Below, piece after piece: positions 1 to 12,689 of a stretch of 64,000 bases of DNA. A program made the translations under genes and the position numbers. A model generated the notes under the pieces. It made no database searches. It was given only the letters and a program-made list of their open reading frames with translations, and was not told where the DNA came from. The stretch is taken from assembly GCA_964016885.1 (NCBI GenBank), contig OZ024743.1, forward strand, positions 80,290,001 to 80,354,000, given 5' to 3'. Positions within the stretch are counted from its first letter, which is position 1; each line of letters opens with the position of its first letter. Origin of the DNA: Eledone cirrhosa. Lineage: Eukaryota.

Positions 1-3000
1 TCACTGTAGTTGGTGTAGAGGTTGTAGTAGTAGTTGTTGTCACTGTAGTTGGTGTAGAGGTTGTAGTTGTTGTTGTTGTCACTGTAGTTGGTGTAGAGAT
101 TGTAGTAGTAGTTGGTGTTGTCACTCTAGTTGGTGTAGAGAGTGTAGTAGTAGTTGTTGTCACTGTAGTTGGTGTAGAGGTTGTAGTAGTAGTTGTTGTA
201 ACTGTAGTTGGTGTAGAGGTTGTAGTTGTGGTTGTTGTCCCTGTAGTTGGTGTAGAGGTTGTAGTAGTATTTGGTGTTGTCACGCTAGTTGGTGTAGAGG
301 TTGTAGTAGTAGTTGTTGTCACTGTAGTTGGTGTAGAGGTTGTAGTAGTTGTTGTTGTCACTGTAGTTGGTGTAGAGGTAGTAGTAGTAGTTGTTGTCAC
401 TGTAGTTGGTGTAGAGGTTGTAGTAGTAGTTGTCACTGTAGTTGGTGTAGAGGTTGTAGTAGTAGTTGTTGTCACTGTAGTTGGTGTAGAGGTTGTAGTA
501 GTAGTTGTTGTTGTCACTGTAGTTGGTGTAGAGGTAGTAGTAGTAGTTGTTGTCACTGTAGTTGTTGTAGAGGTAGTAGTAGTTGTTGTCACTGTAGTTG
601 GTGTAGAGGTTGTAGTAGTAGTTGTTGTCACTGTAGTTGGTGTAGAGGTTGTAGTAGTAGTTGTTGTCACTGTAGTTGGTGTAGAGGTTGTAGTTGTTGT
701 TGTTGTTGTCACTGTAGTTGGTGTAGAGGTTGTAGTAGTAGTTGCTGTCACTGTAGTTGGTGTAGAGGTTGTAGTAGTTGTAGTTGTTGTCACTGTAGTT
801 GGTGTAGAGGTTGTAGTAGTAGTTGTTGTCACTGTAGTTGGTGTAGAGGTTGTAGTAGTTGTTGTTGTTGTCACTGTAGTTGGTGTAAAGGTTGTAGTAG
901 TAGTTGTTGTCACTGTAGTTGGTGTAGAGGTTGTAGTAGTTGTTGTTGTTGTCACTGTAGTTGGTGTAGAGGTTGTAGTAGTAGTTGTTGTCACTGTAGT
1001 TGGTGTAGAGTTTGTAGTAGTAGTTGTTGTCACTGTAGTTGGTGTAGAGGTTGTAGTAGTTGTTGTTGTTGTCACTGTAGTTGGTGTAGAGGTTGTAGTA
1101 GTAGTCGTTGTCACTGTAGTTGGTGTAGAGGTTGTAGTAGTAGTTGTTGTCACTGTAGGTGGTGTAGAGGTAATAGTAGTAGTTGTTGTCACTGTAGTTG
1201 GTGTAGAGGTTGTAGTAGTAGTTGTTGTCACTGTAGTTGGTGTAGAGGTAGTAGTAGTTGTTGTCACTGTAGTTGGTGTAGAGGTTGTAGTAGTAGTTGT
1301 TGTCACTGTAGTTGGTGTAGAGGTTGTAGTAGTAGTTGTTGTCACTGTAGAGGTTGTAGTAGTAGTTGTTGTCACTGTAGTTGGTGTAGAGGTTGTAGTT
1401 GTTGTTGTTGTTGTCACTGTAGTTGGTGTAGAGGTTGTAGTAGTAGTTGTTGTCACTGTAGTTGGTGTAGAGGTTGTAGTAGTAGTTGTTGTCACTGTAG
1501 TTGGTGTAGAGGTTGTAGTAGTTGTTGTTGTTGTCACTGTAGTTGGTGTAGTGGATGTAGTAGTAGTTGTTGTTGTCACTGTAGTTGGTGTAGAGATTTT
1601 AGTAGTAGTTGTTGTCACTGTAGTTGGTGTAGAGGTTGTAGTAGTAGTTGTTCTCACTGTAGTTGTTGTAGAGGTTGTAGTTGTTATTGTTGTTGTCACT
1701 GTAGTTGGTGTAGAGATTGTAGTAGTAGTTGTTGTCACTGTAGTTGGTGTAGAGGTTGTAGTAGTAGTTGTTGTTGTCACTGTAGTTGGTGTAGAGGTAG
1801 TAGTAGTTGTAGTTGTCACTCTAGTTGGTGTAGAGAGTGTAGTAGTAGTTGTTGTCACTGTAGTTGGTGTAGAGGTTGTAGTAGTAGTTGTTGTCACTGT
1901 AGTTGGTGTAGAGGTTGTAGTTGTTGTTGTTGTCCCTGTAGTTGGTGTAGAGGTTGTAGTAGTATTTGGTGTTGTCACTCTAGTTGGTGTAGAGGTTGTA
2001 GTAGTAGTTGTTGTCACTGTAGTTGGTGTAGAGGTTGTAGTAGTTGTTGTTGTCACTGTAGTTGGTGTAGAGGTAGTAGTAGTAGTTGTTGTCACTGTAG
2101 TTGGTGTAGAGGTTGTAGTAGTTGTTGTCACTGTAGTTGGTGTAGAGGTTGTAGTAGTAGTTGTTGTCACTGTAGTTGGTGTAGAGGTTGTAGTAGTAGT
2201 TGTTGTCACTGTAGTTGGTGTAGAGGTTGTAGTTGTTGTTGTTGTTGTCACTGTAGTTGGTGTAGAGGTTGTAGTAGTAGTTGTTGTCACTGTAGTTGGT
2301 GTAGAGGTTGTAGTAGTAGTTGTTGTTGTCACTGTAGTTGGTGTAGAGGTAGTAGTAGTAGTTGTTGTCACTGTAGTTGGTGTAGAGGTAGTAGTAGTTG
2401 TTGTCACTGTAGTTGGTGTAGAGGTTGTAGTAGTAGTTGTTGTCACTGTAGTTGGTGTAGAGGTTGTAGTAGTAGTTGTTGTCACTGTAGTTGGTGTAGA
2501 GGTTGTAGTTGTTGTTGTTGTTGTCACTGTAGTTGGTGTAGAGGTTGTAGTAGTAGTTGTTGTCACTGTAGTTGGTGTAGAGGTTGTAGTAGTTGTAGTT
2601 GTTGTCACTGTAGTTGGTGTAGAGGTTGTAGTAGTAGTTGTTGTCACTGTAGTTGGTGTAGAGGTTGTAGTAGTTGTTGTTGTTGTCACTGTAGTTGGTG
2701 TAGAGGTTGTAGTAGTAGTTGTTGTCACTGTAGTTGGTGTAGAGGTTGTAGTAGTTGTTGTTGTTGTCACTGTAGTTGGTGTAGAGGTTGTAGTAGTAGT
2801 TGTTGTCACTGTAGTTGGTGTAGAGTTTGTAGTAGTAGTTGTTATCACTGTAGTTGGTGTAGAGGTTGCAGTAGTTGTTGTTGTTGTCACTGTAGTTGGT
2901 GTAGAGGTTGTAGTAGTAGTTGTTGTCACTGTAGTTGGTGTAGAGGTTGTAGTAGTAGTTGTTGTCACTGTAGGTGGTGTAGAGGTAATAGTAGTAGTTG

Positions 3001-6000
3001 TTGTCACTGTAGTTGGTGTAGAGGTTGTAGTAGTAGTTGTTGTCACTGTAGTTGGTGTAGAGGTAGTAGTAGTTGTTGTCACTGTAGTTGGTGTAGAGGT
3101 TGTAGTAGTAGATGTTGTCACTGTAGTTGGTGTAGAGGTTGTAGTAGTAGTTGTTGTCACTGTAGAGGTTGTAGTAGTAGTTGTTGTCACTGTAGTTGGT
3201 GTAGAGGTTGTAGTTGTTGTTGTTGTTGTCACTGTAGTTGGTGTAGAGGTTGTAGTAGTAGTTGTTGTCACTGTAGTTGGTGTAGAGGTTGTAGTAGTAG
3301 TAGTTGTCACTGTAGTTGGTGTAGAGGTTGTAGTAGTAGTTGTCACTGTAGTTGGTGTAGAGGTTGTAGTAGTAGTTGTTGTCACTGTAGTTGGTGTAGA
3401 GGTTGTAGTAGTAGTTGTTGTTGTCACTGTAGTTGGTGTAGAGGTAGTAGTAGTAGTTGTTGTCACTGTAGTTGGTGTAGAGGTAGTAGTAGTTGTTGTC
3501 ACTGTAGTTGGTGTAGAGGTTGTAGTAGTAGTTGTTGTCACTGTAGTTGGTGTAGAGGTTGTAGTAGTAGTTGTTGTCACTGTAGTTCGTGTAGAGGTTG
3601 TAGTTGTTGTTGTTGTTGTCACTGTAGTTGGTGTAGAGGTTGTAGTAGTAGTTGTTGTCACTCTAGTTGGTGTAGAGGTTGTAGTAGTTGTAGTTGTTGT
3701 CACTGTAGTTGGTGTTGAGGTTGTAGTAGTAGTAGTTGTTGTCACTGTAGTTGGTGTAGAGGTTGTAGTAGTTGTTGTTGTTGTCACTGTAGTTGGTGTA
3801 GAAGTTGTAGTAGTAGTTGTTGTCACTGTAGTTGGTGTAGAGGTTGTAGTAGTTGTTGTTGTTGTCACTGTAGTTGGTGTAGAGGTTGTAGTAGTAGTTG
3901 TTGTCACTGTAGTTGGTGTAGAGTTTGTAGTAGTAGTTGTTGTCACTGTAGTTGGTGTAGAGGTTGTAGTAGTTGTTGTTGTTGTCACTGTAGTTGGTGT
4001 AGAGGTTGTAGTAGTAGTTGTTGTCACTGTAGTTGGTGTAGAGGTTGTAGTAGTAGTTGTTGTCACTGTAGGTGGTGTAGAGGTAATAGTAGTAGTTGTT
4101 GTCACTGTAGTTGGTGTAGAGGTTGTAGTAGTAGTTGTTCTCACTGTAGTTGGTGTAGAGGTTGTAGTTGTTATTGTTGTTGTCACTGTAGTTGGTGTAG
4201 AGATTGTAGTAGTAGTTGTTGCCACTGTAGTTGGTGTAGAGGTTGTAGTAGTAGTTGTTGTTGTCACTGTAGTTGGTGTAGAGGTAGTAGTAGTTGTAGT
4301 TGTCACTGTAGTTGGTGTAGAGGTTGTAGTAGTAGTTGTTGTTGTCACTGTAGTTGGTGTAGAGGTTGTAGTTATTGTTGTTGTCCCTGTAGTTGGTGTA
4401 GAGGTTGTAGTAGTAGTTGGTGTTGTCACTCTAGTTGGTGTAGAGAGTGTAGTAGTAGTTGTTGTCACTGTAGTTGGTGTAGAGGTTGTAGTAGTAGTTG
4501 TTGTCACTGTAGTTGGTGTAGAGGTTGTAGTTGTTGTTGTTGTCCCTGTAGTTGGTGTAGAGGTTGTAGTAGTATTTGGTGTTGTCACTCTAGTTGGTGT
4601 AGAGGTTGTAGTAGTAGTTGTTGTCACTGTAGTTGGTGTAGAGGTTTTAGTAGTTGTTGTTGTCACTGTAGTTGGTGTAGAGGTAGTAGTAGTAGTTGTT
4701 GTCACTGTAGTTGGTGTAGAGGTTGTAGTAGTAGTTGTCACTGTAGTTGGTGTAGAGGTTGTAGTAGTAGTTGTTGTCACTGTAGTTGGTGTAGAGGTTG
4801 TAGTAGTAGTTGTTGTTGTCACTGTAGTTGGTGTAGAGGTAGTAGTAGTAGTTGTTGTCACTGTAGTTGGTGTAGAGGTAGTAGTAGTTGTTGTCACTGT
4901 AGTTGGTGTAGAGGTTGTAGTAGTAGTTGTTGTCACTGTAGTTGGTGTAGAGGTTGTAGTAGTAGTTGTTGTCACTGTAGTTGGTGTAGAGGTTGTAGTT
5001 GTTGTTGTTGTTGTCACTGTAGTTGGTGTAGAGGTTGTAGTAGTAGTTGTTGTCACTGTAGTTGGTGTAGAGGTTGTAGTAGTTGTAGTTGTTGTGACTG
5101 TAGTTGGTGTAGAGGTTGTAGTAGTAGTTGTTGTCACTGTAGTTGGTGTAGAGGTTGTAGTAGTTGTTGGTGTTGTCACTGTAGTTGGTGTAGAGGTTGT
5201 AGTAGTAGTTGTTGTCACTGTAGTTGGTGTAGAGGTTGTAGTAGTTGTTGTTGTTGTCACTGTAGTTGGTGTAGAGGTTGTAGTAGTAGTTGTTGTCACT
5301 GTAGTTGGTGTAGAGTTTGTAGTAGTAGTTGTTATCACTGTAGTTGGTGTAGAGGTTGTAGTAGTTGTTGTTGTTGTCACTGTAGTTGGTGTAGAGGTTG
5401 TAGTAGTAGTTGTTGTCACTGTAGTTGGTTTAGAGGTTGTAGTAGTAGTTGTTGTCACTGTAGGTGGTGTAGAGGTAATAGTAGTAGTTGTTGTCACTGT
5501 AGTTGGTGTAGAGGTTGTAGTAGTAATTGTTGTCACTGTAGTTGGTGTAGAGGTAGTAGTAGTTGTTGTCACTGTAGTTGGTGTAGAGGTTGTAGTAGTA
5601 GATGTTGTCACTGTAGTTGGTGTAGAGGTTGTAGTAGTAGTTGTTGTCACTGTAGAGGTTGTAGTAGTAGTTGTTGTCACTGTAGTTGGTGTAGAGGTTG
5701 TAGTTGTTGTTGTTGTTGTCACTGTAGTTGGTGTAGAGGTTGTAGTAGTAGTTGTTGTCACTGTAGTTGGTGTAGAGGTTGTAGTAGTAGTTGTTGTCAC
5801 TGTAGTTGGTGTAGAGGTTGTAGTAGTAGTTGTCACTGTAGTTGGTGTAGAGGTTGTAGTAGTATTTGTTGTCACTGTAGAGGTTGTAGTAGTAGTTGTT
5901 GTCACTGTAGTTGGTGTAGAGGTTGTAGTTGTTGTTGTTGTTGTCACTGTAGTTGGTGTAGAGGTTGTAGTAGTAGTTGTTGTCACTGTAGTTGGTGTAG

Positions 6001-9000
6001 AGGTTGTAGTAGTTGTAGTTGTTGTCACTGTAGTTGGTGTAGAGGTTGTAGTAGTAGTTGTTGTCACTGTAGTTGGTGTAGAGGTTGTAGTAGTTGTAGT
6101 TGTTGTCACTGTAGTTGGTGTTGAGGTTGTAGTAGTAGTAGTTGTTGTCACTGTAGTTGGTGTAGAGGTTGTAGTAGTTGTTGTTGTTGTCACTGTAGTT
6201 GGTGTAGAGGTTGTAGTAGTAGTTGTTGTCACTGTAGTTGGTGTAGAGGTTGTAGTAGTTGTTGTTGTTGTCACTGTAGTTGGTGTAGAGGTTGTAGTAG
6301 TAGTTGTTGTCACTGTAGTTGGTGTAGAGTTTGTAGTAGTAGTTGTTGTCACTGTAGTTGGTGTAGAGGTTGTAGTAGTTGTTGTTGTTGTCACTGTAGT
6401 TGGTGTAGAGGTTGTAGTAGTAGTTGTTGTCACTGTAGTTGGTGTAGAGGTTGTAGTAGTAGTTGTTGTCACTGTAGGTGGTGTAGAGGTAATAGTAGTA
6501 GTTGTTGTCACTGTAGTTGGTGTAGAGGTTGTAGTAGTAGTTGTTGTCACTGTAGTTGGTGTAGAGGTAGTAGTAGTTGTTGTCACTGTAGTTGGTGTAG
6601 AGGTTGTAGTAGTAGTTGTTGTCACTGTAGTTGGTGTAGAGGTTGTAGTAGTAGTTGTTGTCACTGTAGAGGTTGTAGTAGTAGTTGTTGTCACTGTAGT
6701 TGGTGTAGAGTTTGTAGTTGTTGTTGTTTTTGTCACTGTAGTTGGTGTAGAGGTTGTAGTAGTAGTTGTTGTCACTGTAGTTGGTGTAGAGGTTGTAGTA
6801 GTAGTTGTTGTCACTGTAGTTGGTGTAGAGGTTGTAGTTGTTATTGTTGTTGTCACTGTAGTTGGTGTAGAGATTGTAGTAGTAGTTGTTGTCACTGTAG
6901 TTGGTGTAGAGGTTGTAGTAGTAGTTGTTGTCACTGTAGTGTGTAGAGGTTGTAGTTGTTATTGTTGTTGTCACTGTAGTTGGTGTAGAGGTTGTAGTAG
7001 TAGTTGTTGTCACTGTAGTTGGTGTAGAGGTTGTAGTAGTAGTTGTTGTTGTCACTGTAGTTGGTGTAGAGGTAGTAGTAGTTGTAGTTGTCACTGAAGT
7101 TGGTGTAGAGGTTGTAGTAGTAGTTGTTGTTGTCACTGTAGTTGGTGTAGAGGTTGTAGTTGTTGTTGTTGTCCCTGTAGTTGGTGTAGAGGTTGTAGTA
7201 GTAGTTGGTGTTGTCACTCTAGTTGGTGTAGAGAGTGTAGTAGTAGTTGTTGTCACTGTAGTTGGTGTAGAGGTTATAGTAGTAGTTGTTGTCACTGTAG
7301 TTGGTGTAGAGGTTGTAGTTGTTGTTGTTGTCCCTGTAGTTGGTGTAGAGGTTGTAGTAGTAGTTGGTGTTGTCACTCTAGTTGGTGTAGAGGTTGTAGT
7401 AGTAGTTGTTGTCACTGTAGTTGGTGTAGAGGTTATAGTAGTAGTTGTTGTCACTGTAGTTGGTGTAGAGGTTGTAGTTGTTGTTGTTGTCCCTGTAGTT
7501 GGTGTAGAGGTTGTAGTAGTAGTTGGTGTTGTCACTCTAGTTGGTGTAGAGGTTGTAGTAGTAGTTGTTGTCACTGTAGTTGGTGTAGAGGTTATAGTAG
7601 TAGTTGTTGTCACTGTAGTTGGTGTAGAGGTTGTAGTTGTTGTTGTTGTCCCTGTAGTTGGTGTAGAGGTTGTAGTAGTATTTGGTGTTGTCACTCTAGT
7701 TGGTGTAGAGGTTGTAGTAGTAGTTGTTGTCACTGTAGTTGGTGTAGAGGTTGTAGTAGTTGTTGTTGTCACTGTAGTTGGTGTAGAGGTAGTAGTAGTA
7801 GTTGTTGTCACTGTAGTTGGTGTAGAGGTTGTAGTAGTAGTTGTCACTGTAGTTGGTGTAGAGGTTGTAGTAGTAGTTGTTGTCACTGTAGTTGGTGTAG
7901 AGGTTGTAGTAGTTGTTGTTGTTGTCACTGTAGTTGGTGTAGAGGTTGTAGTAGTAGTTGTTGTCACTGTAGTTGGTGTAGAGGTTGTAGTAGTAGTTGT
8001 TGTCACTGTAGGTGGTGTAGAGGTAATAGTAGTAGTTGTTGTCACTGTAGTTGGTGTAGAGGTTGTAGTAGTAGTTGTTGTCACTGTAGTTGGTGTAGAG
8101 GTAGTAGTAGTTGTTGTCTCTGTAGTTGGTGTAGAGGTTGTAGTAGTAGTTGTTGTCACTGTAGTTGGTGTAGAGGTTGTAGTAGTAGTTGTTGTCACTG
8201 TAGAGGTTGTAGTAGTAGTTGTTGTCACTGTAGTTGGTGTAGAGGTTGTAGTAGTTGTTGTTGTTGTCACTGTAGTTGGTGTAGAGGTTGTAGTAGTAGT
8301 TGTTGTCACTGTAGTTGGTGTAGAGTTTGTAGTAGTAGTTGTTGTCACTGTAGTTGGTGTAGAGGTTGTAGTAGTTGTTGTTGTTGTCACTGTAGTTGGT
8401 GTAGAGGTTGTAGTAGTAGTTGTTGTCACTGTAGTTGGTGTAGAGGTTGTAGTAGTAGTTGTTGTCACTGTAGGTGGTGTAGAGGTAATAGTAGTAGTTG
8501 TTGTCACTGTAGTTGGTGTAGAGGTTGTAGTAGTAGTTGTTGTCACTGTAGTTGGTGTAGAGGTAGTAGTAGTTGTTGTCACTGTAGTTGGTGTAGAGGT
8601 TGTAGTAGTAGTTGTTGTCACTGTAGTTGGTGTAGAGGTTGTAGTAGTAGTTGTTGTCACTGTAGAGGTTGTAGTAGTAGTTGTTGTCACTGTAGTTGGT
8701 GTAGAGGTTGTAGTTGTTGTTGTTGTTGTCACTGTAGTTGGTGTAGAGGTTGTAGTAGTAGTTGTTGTCACTGTAGTTGGTGTAGAGGTTGTAGTAGTAG
8801 TTGTTGTCACCGTAGTTGGTGTAGAGGTTGTAGTAGTTGTTGTTGTTGTCACTGTAGTTGGTGTAGTGGATGTAGTAGTAGTTGTTGTTGTCACTGTAGT
8901 TGGTGTAGAGGTTGTAGTAGTAGTTGTTGTCACTGTAGTTGGTGTAGAGGTTGTAGTAGTAGTTGTTGTCACTGTAGTTGGTGTAGAGGTTGTAGTTGTT

Positions 9001-12000
9001 ATTGTTGTTGTCACTGTAGTTGGTGTAGAGATTGTAGTAGTAGTTGTTGTCACTGTAGTTGGTGTAGAGGTTGTAGTAGTAGTTGTTGTCACTGTAGTGT
9101 GTAGAGGTTGTAGTTGTTATTGTTGTTGTCACTGTAGTTGGTGTAGAGGTTGTAGTAGTAGTTGTTGTCACTGTAGTTGGTGTAGAGGTAGTAGTAGTAG
9201 TTGTTGTTGTCACTGTAGTTGGTGTAGAGGTAGTAGTAGTTGTAGTTGTCACTGAAGTTGGTGTAGAGGTTGTAGTAGTAGTTGTTGTTGTCACTGTAGT
9301 TGGTGTAGAGGTTGTAGTTGTTGTTGTTGTCCCTGTAGTTGGTGTAGAGGTTGTAGTACTAGTTGGTGTTGTCACTCTAGTTGGTGTAGAGAGTGTAGTA
9401 GTAGTTGTTGTCACTGTAGTTGGTGTAGAGGTTATAGTAGTAGTTGTTGTCACTGTAGTTGGTGTAGAGGTTGTAGTTGTTGTTGTTGTCCCTGTAGTTG
9501 GTGTAGAGGTTGTAGTAGTAGTTGGTGTTGTCACTCTAGTTGGTGTAGAGGTTGTAGTAGTAGTTGTTGTCACTGTAGTTGGTGTAGAGGTTATAGTAGT
9601 AGTTGTTGTCACTGTAGTTGGTGTAGAGGTTGTAGTTGTTGTTGTTGTCCCTGTAGTTGGTGTAGAGGTTGTAGTAGTAGTTGGTGTTGTCACTCTAGTT
9701 GGTGTAGAGGTTGTAGTAGTAGTTGTTGTCACTGTAGTTGGTGTAGAGGTTATAGTAGTAGTTGTTGTCACTGTAGTTGGTGTAGAGGTTGTAGTTGTTG
9801 TTGTTGTCCCTGTAGTTGGTGTAGAGGTTGTAGTAGTATTTGGTGTTGTCACTCTAGTTGGTGTAGAGGTTGTAGTAGTAGTTGTTGTCACTGTAGTTGG
9901 TGTAGAGGTTGTAGTAGTTGTTGTTGTCACTGTAGTTGGTGTAGAGGTAGTAGTAGTAGTTGTTGTCACTGTAGTTGGTGTAGAGGTTGTAGTAGTAGTT
10001 GTCACTGTAGTTGGTGTAGAGGTTGTAGTAGTAGTTGTTGTCACTGTAGTTGGTGTAGAGGTTGTAGTAGTTGTTGTTGTTGTCACTGTAGTTGGTGTAG
10101 AGGTTGTAGTAGTAGTTGTTGTCACTGTAGTTGGTGTAGAGGTTGTAGTAGTAGTTGTTGTCACTGTAGGTGGTGTACAGGTAATAGTAGTAGTTGTTGT
10201 CACTGTAGTTGGTGTAGAGGTTGTAGTAGTAGTTGTTGTCACTGTAGTTGGTGTAGAGGTAGTAGTAGTTGTTGTCACTGTAGTTGGTGTAGAGGTTGTA
10301 GTAGTAGTTGTTGTCACTGTAGTTGGTGTAGAGGTTGTAGTAGTAGTTGTTGTCACTGTAGAGGTTGTAGTAGTAGTTGTTGTCACTGTAGTTGGTGTAG
10401 AGGTTGTAGTTGTTGTTGTTGTTGTCACTGTAGTTGGTGTAGAGGTTGTAGTAGTAGTTGTTGTCACTGTAGTTGGTGTAGAGGTTGTAGTAGTAGTTGT
10501 TGTCACCGTAGTTGGTGTAGAGGTTGTAGTAGTTGTTGTTGTTGTCACTGTAGTTGGTGTAGTGGATGTAGTAGTAGTTGTTGTTGTCACTGTAGTTGGT
10601 GTAGAGGTTGTAGTAGTAGTTGTTGTCACTGTAGTTGGTGTAGAGGTTGTAGTAGTAGTTGTTGTCACTGTAGTTGGTGTAGAGGTTGTAGTTGTTATTG
10701 TTGTTGTCACTGTAGTTGGTGTAGAGATTGTAGTAGTAGTTGTTGTCACTGTTGTTGGTGTAGAGGTTGTAGTAGTAGTTGTTGTCACTGTAGTGTGTAG
10801 AGGTTGTAGTTGTTATTGTTGTTGTCACTGTAGTTGGTGTAGAGGTTGTAGTAGTAGTTGTTGTCACTGTAGTTGGTGTAGAGGTTGTAGTAGTAGTTGT
10901 TGTCACTGTAGTTGGTGTAGAGGTAGTAGTAGTTGTAGTTGTCACTGAAGTTGGTGTAGAGGTTGTAGTAGTAGTTGTTGTTGTCACTGTAGTTGGTGTA
11001 GAGGTTGTAGTTGTTGTTGTTGTCCCTGTAGTTGGTGTAGAGGTTGTAGTAGTAGTTGGTGTTGTCACTCTAGTTTGTGTAGAGAGTGTAGTAGTAGTTG
11101 TTGTCACTGTAGTTGGTGTAGAGGTTATAGTAGTAGTTGTTGTCACTGTAGTTGGTGTAGAGGTTGTAGTAGTAGTTGTTGTTACTGTAGTTGGTGTAGA
11201 GGTTGTAGTAGTAGTTGTTGTTACTCTAGTTGGTGTAGAGGTTGTAGTAGTTGTTGTTGTTACTGTAGTTGGTGTAGAGGTTGTAGTTGTTGTTGTTGTC
11301 ACTGTAGTTGGTGTAGAGGTTGTAGTAGTTGTTGTTGTTGTCACTGTAGTTAGTGTAGAGGTTGTAGTAGTAGTTGTTGTAACTGTAGTTGGTGTAGAGG
11401 TTGTAGTAGTAGTTGTTGTCACTGTAGTTGGTGTAGAGGTTGTAGTAGTAGTTGTTGTTACTGTAGTTGGTGTAGAGGTTGTAGTTGTTGTTGTTGTCAC
11501 TGTAGTTAGTGTAGAGGTTGTAGTAGTAGTTGTTGTAACTGTAGTTGGTGTAGAGGTTGTAGTAGTAGTTGTTGTCACTGTAGTTGGTGTAGAGGTTGTA
11601 GTAGTAATTGTTGTTACTGTAGTTGGTTTAGAGGTTGTAGTTGTTGTTGTTGTCACTGTAGTTGGTGTAGAGGTTGTAGAATGTTGTTGTTGTCACTGTA
11701 GTTGGTGTAGAGGTTGTAGTTGTTGTTGTTGTTACTGTAGTTGGTGTAGAGGTTGTAGTAGTAGTTGTTGTTACTGTAGTTGGTGTAGAGGTTGTAGTAG
11801 TAGTTGTTGTTACTCTAGTTGGTGTAGAGGTTGTAGTTGTTGTTGTTGTTACTGTAGTTGGTGTAGAGGTTGTAGTAGTAGTTGTTGTTACTGTAGTTGG
11901 TGTAGAGGTTGTAGTAGTAGTTGTTGTTACTCTAGTTGGTGTAGAGGTTGTAGTAGTTGTTGTTGTCACTGTAGTTGGTGTAGAGGTTGTAGTAGTAGTT

Positions 12001-12553
12001 GTTGTCACTGTAGTTGGTGTAGAGGTTGTAGTAGTAGTTGTTGTTACTGTAGTTGGTGTAGAGGTTGTAGTTGTTGTTGTTGTCACTGTAGTTGGTGTAG
12101 AGGTTGTAGTAGTAGTTGTTGTAACTGTAGTTGGTGTAGAGGTTGTAGTAGTAGTTGTTGTCACTGTAGTTGGTGTAGAGGTTGTAGTAGTAGTTGTTGT
12201 TACTGTAGTTGGTGTAGAGGTTGTAGTTGTTGTTGTTGTCACTGTAGTTGGTGTAGAGGTTGTAGTAGTAGTTGTTGTAACTGTAGTTGGTGTAGAGGTT
12301 GTAGTAGTAGTTGTTGTCACTGTAGTTGGTGTAGAGGTTGTAGTAGTAGTTGTTGTTACTGTAGTTGGTGTAGAGGTTGTAGTAGTAGTTGTTGTTACTG
12401 TAGTTGGTGTATAGGTTGTAGTAGTAGTTGTTGTTACTGTAGTTGGTGTAGAGGTTGTAGTAGTAGTTGTTGTCACTGTAGTTGGTGTAGAGGTTGTAGT
12501 AGTAGTTGTTGTCACTGTAGTTGGTGTAGAGGTTGTAGTTGTTGTTGTTGTTG
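1..12553. repeat. 39-bp trinucleotide-derived tandem array (GTTGTCACTGTAGTTGGTGTAGAGGTTGTAGTAGTAGTT) with 1.7-2.2 kb higher-order repeats; runs off the left edge
   Basis: Unit read directly. Marker variants recur: GTGGATGTAG at ~1551, 8866, 10562; ACTGAAGTT at ~7093, 9251, 10943; a 2-bp deletion at ~6940, 9098, 10794. Confidence 0.98.
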
Positions 12554-12562
12554 TGGCCGTCC
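1..12562 (-). CDS. Candidate mucin-like Thr-rich PTS exon (TTTTTTTSTPTTV)n, frameshifted in this sequence
   Basis: Minus frame reads ...SGTATTTTTTTSTPTTV.... Pyrimidine-rich acceptor TTTCTCGTCAG ends at 12563 (phase 1). No frameshift seen over ~1-6940; frameshifts at ~6940, 9098, 10794, 11678. Thr codons rarely mutate to stops, so an open frame is weak evidence. Confidence 0.5.
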
Positions 12563-12689
12563 CTGACGAGAAATCGATACTGTTATTGGTGATTCCGTTA
12601 AGTAGCTTTTAAGTTATAATTGTTCTATTAATATCAATTAGTGAAATGATTATAAATCAACGATGCCAGACACAGACAGCAATTAATGG

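Noticed and set aside
228-7097. 2289-aa poly-Val ORF on + strand
   Set aside because: Antisense shadow of the 39-bp array; implausible protein with no start context.
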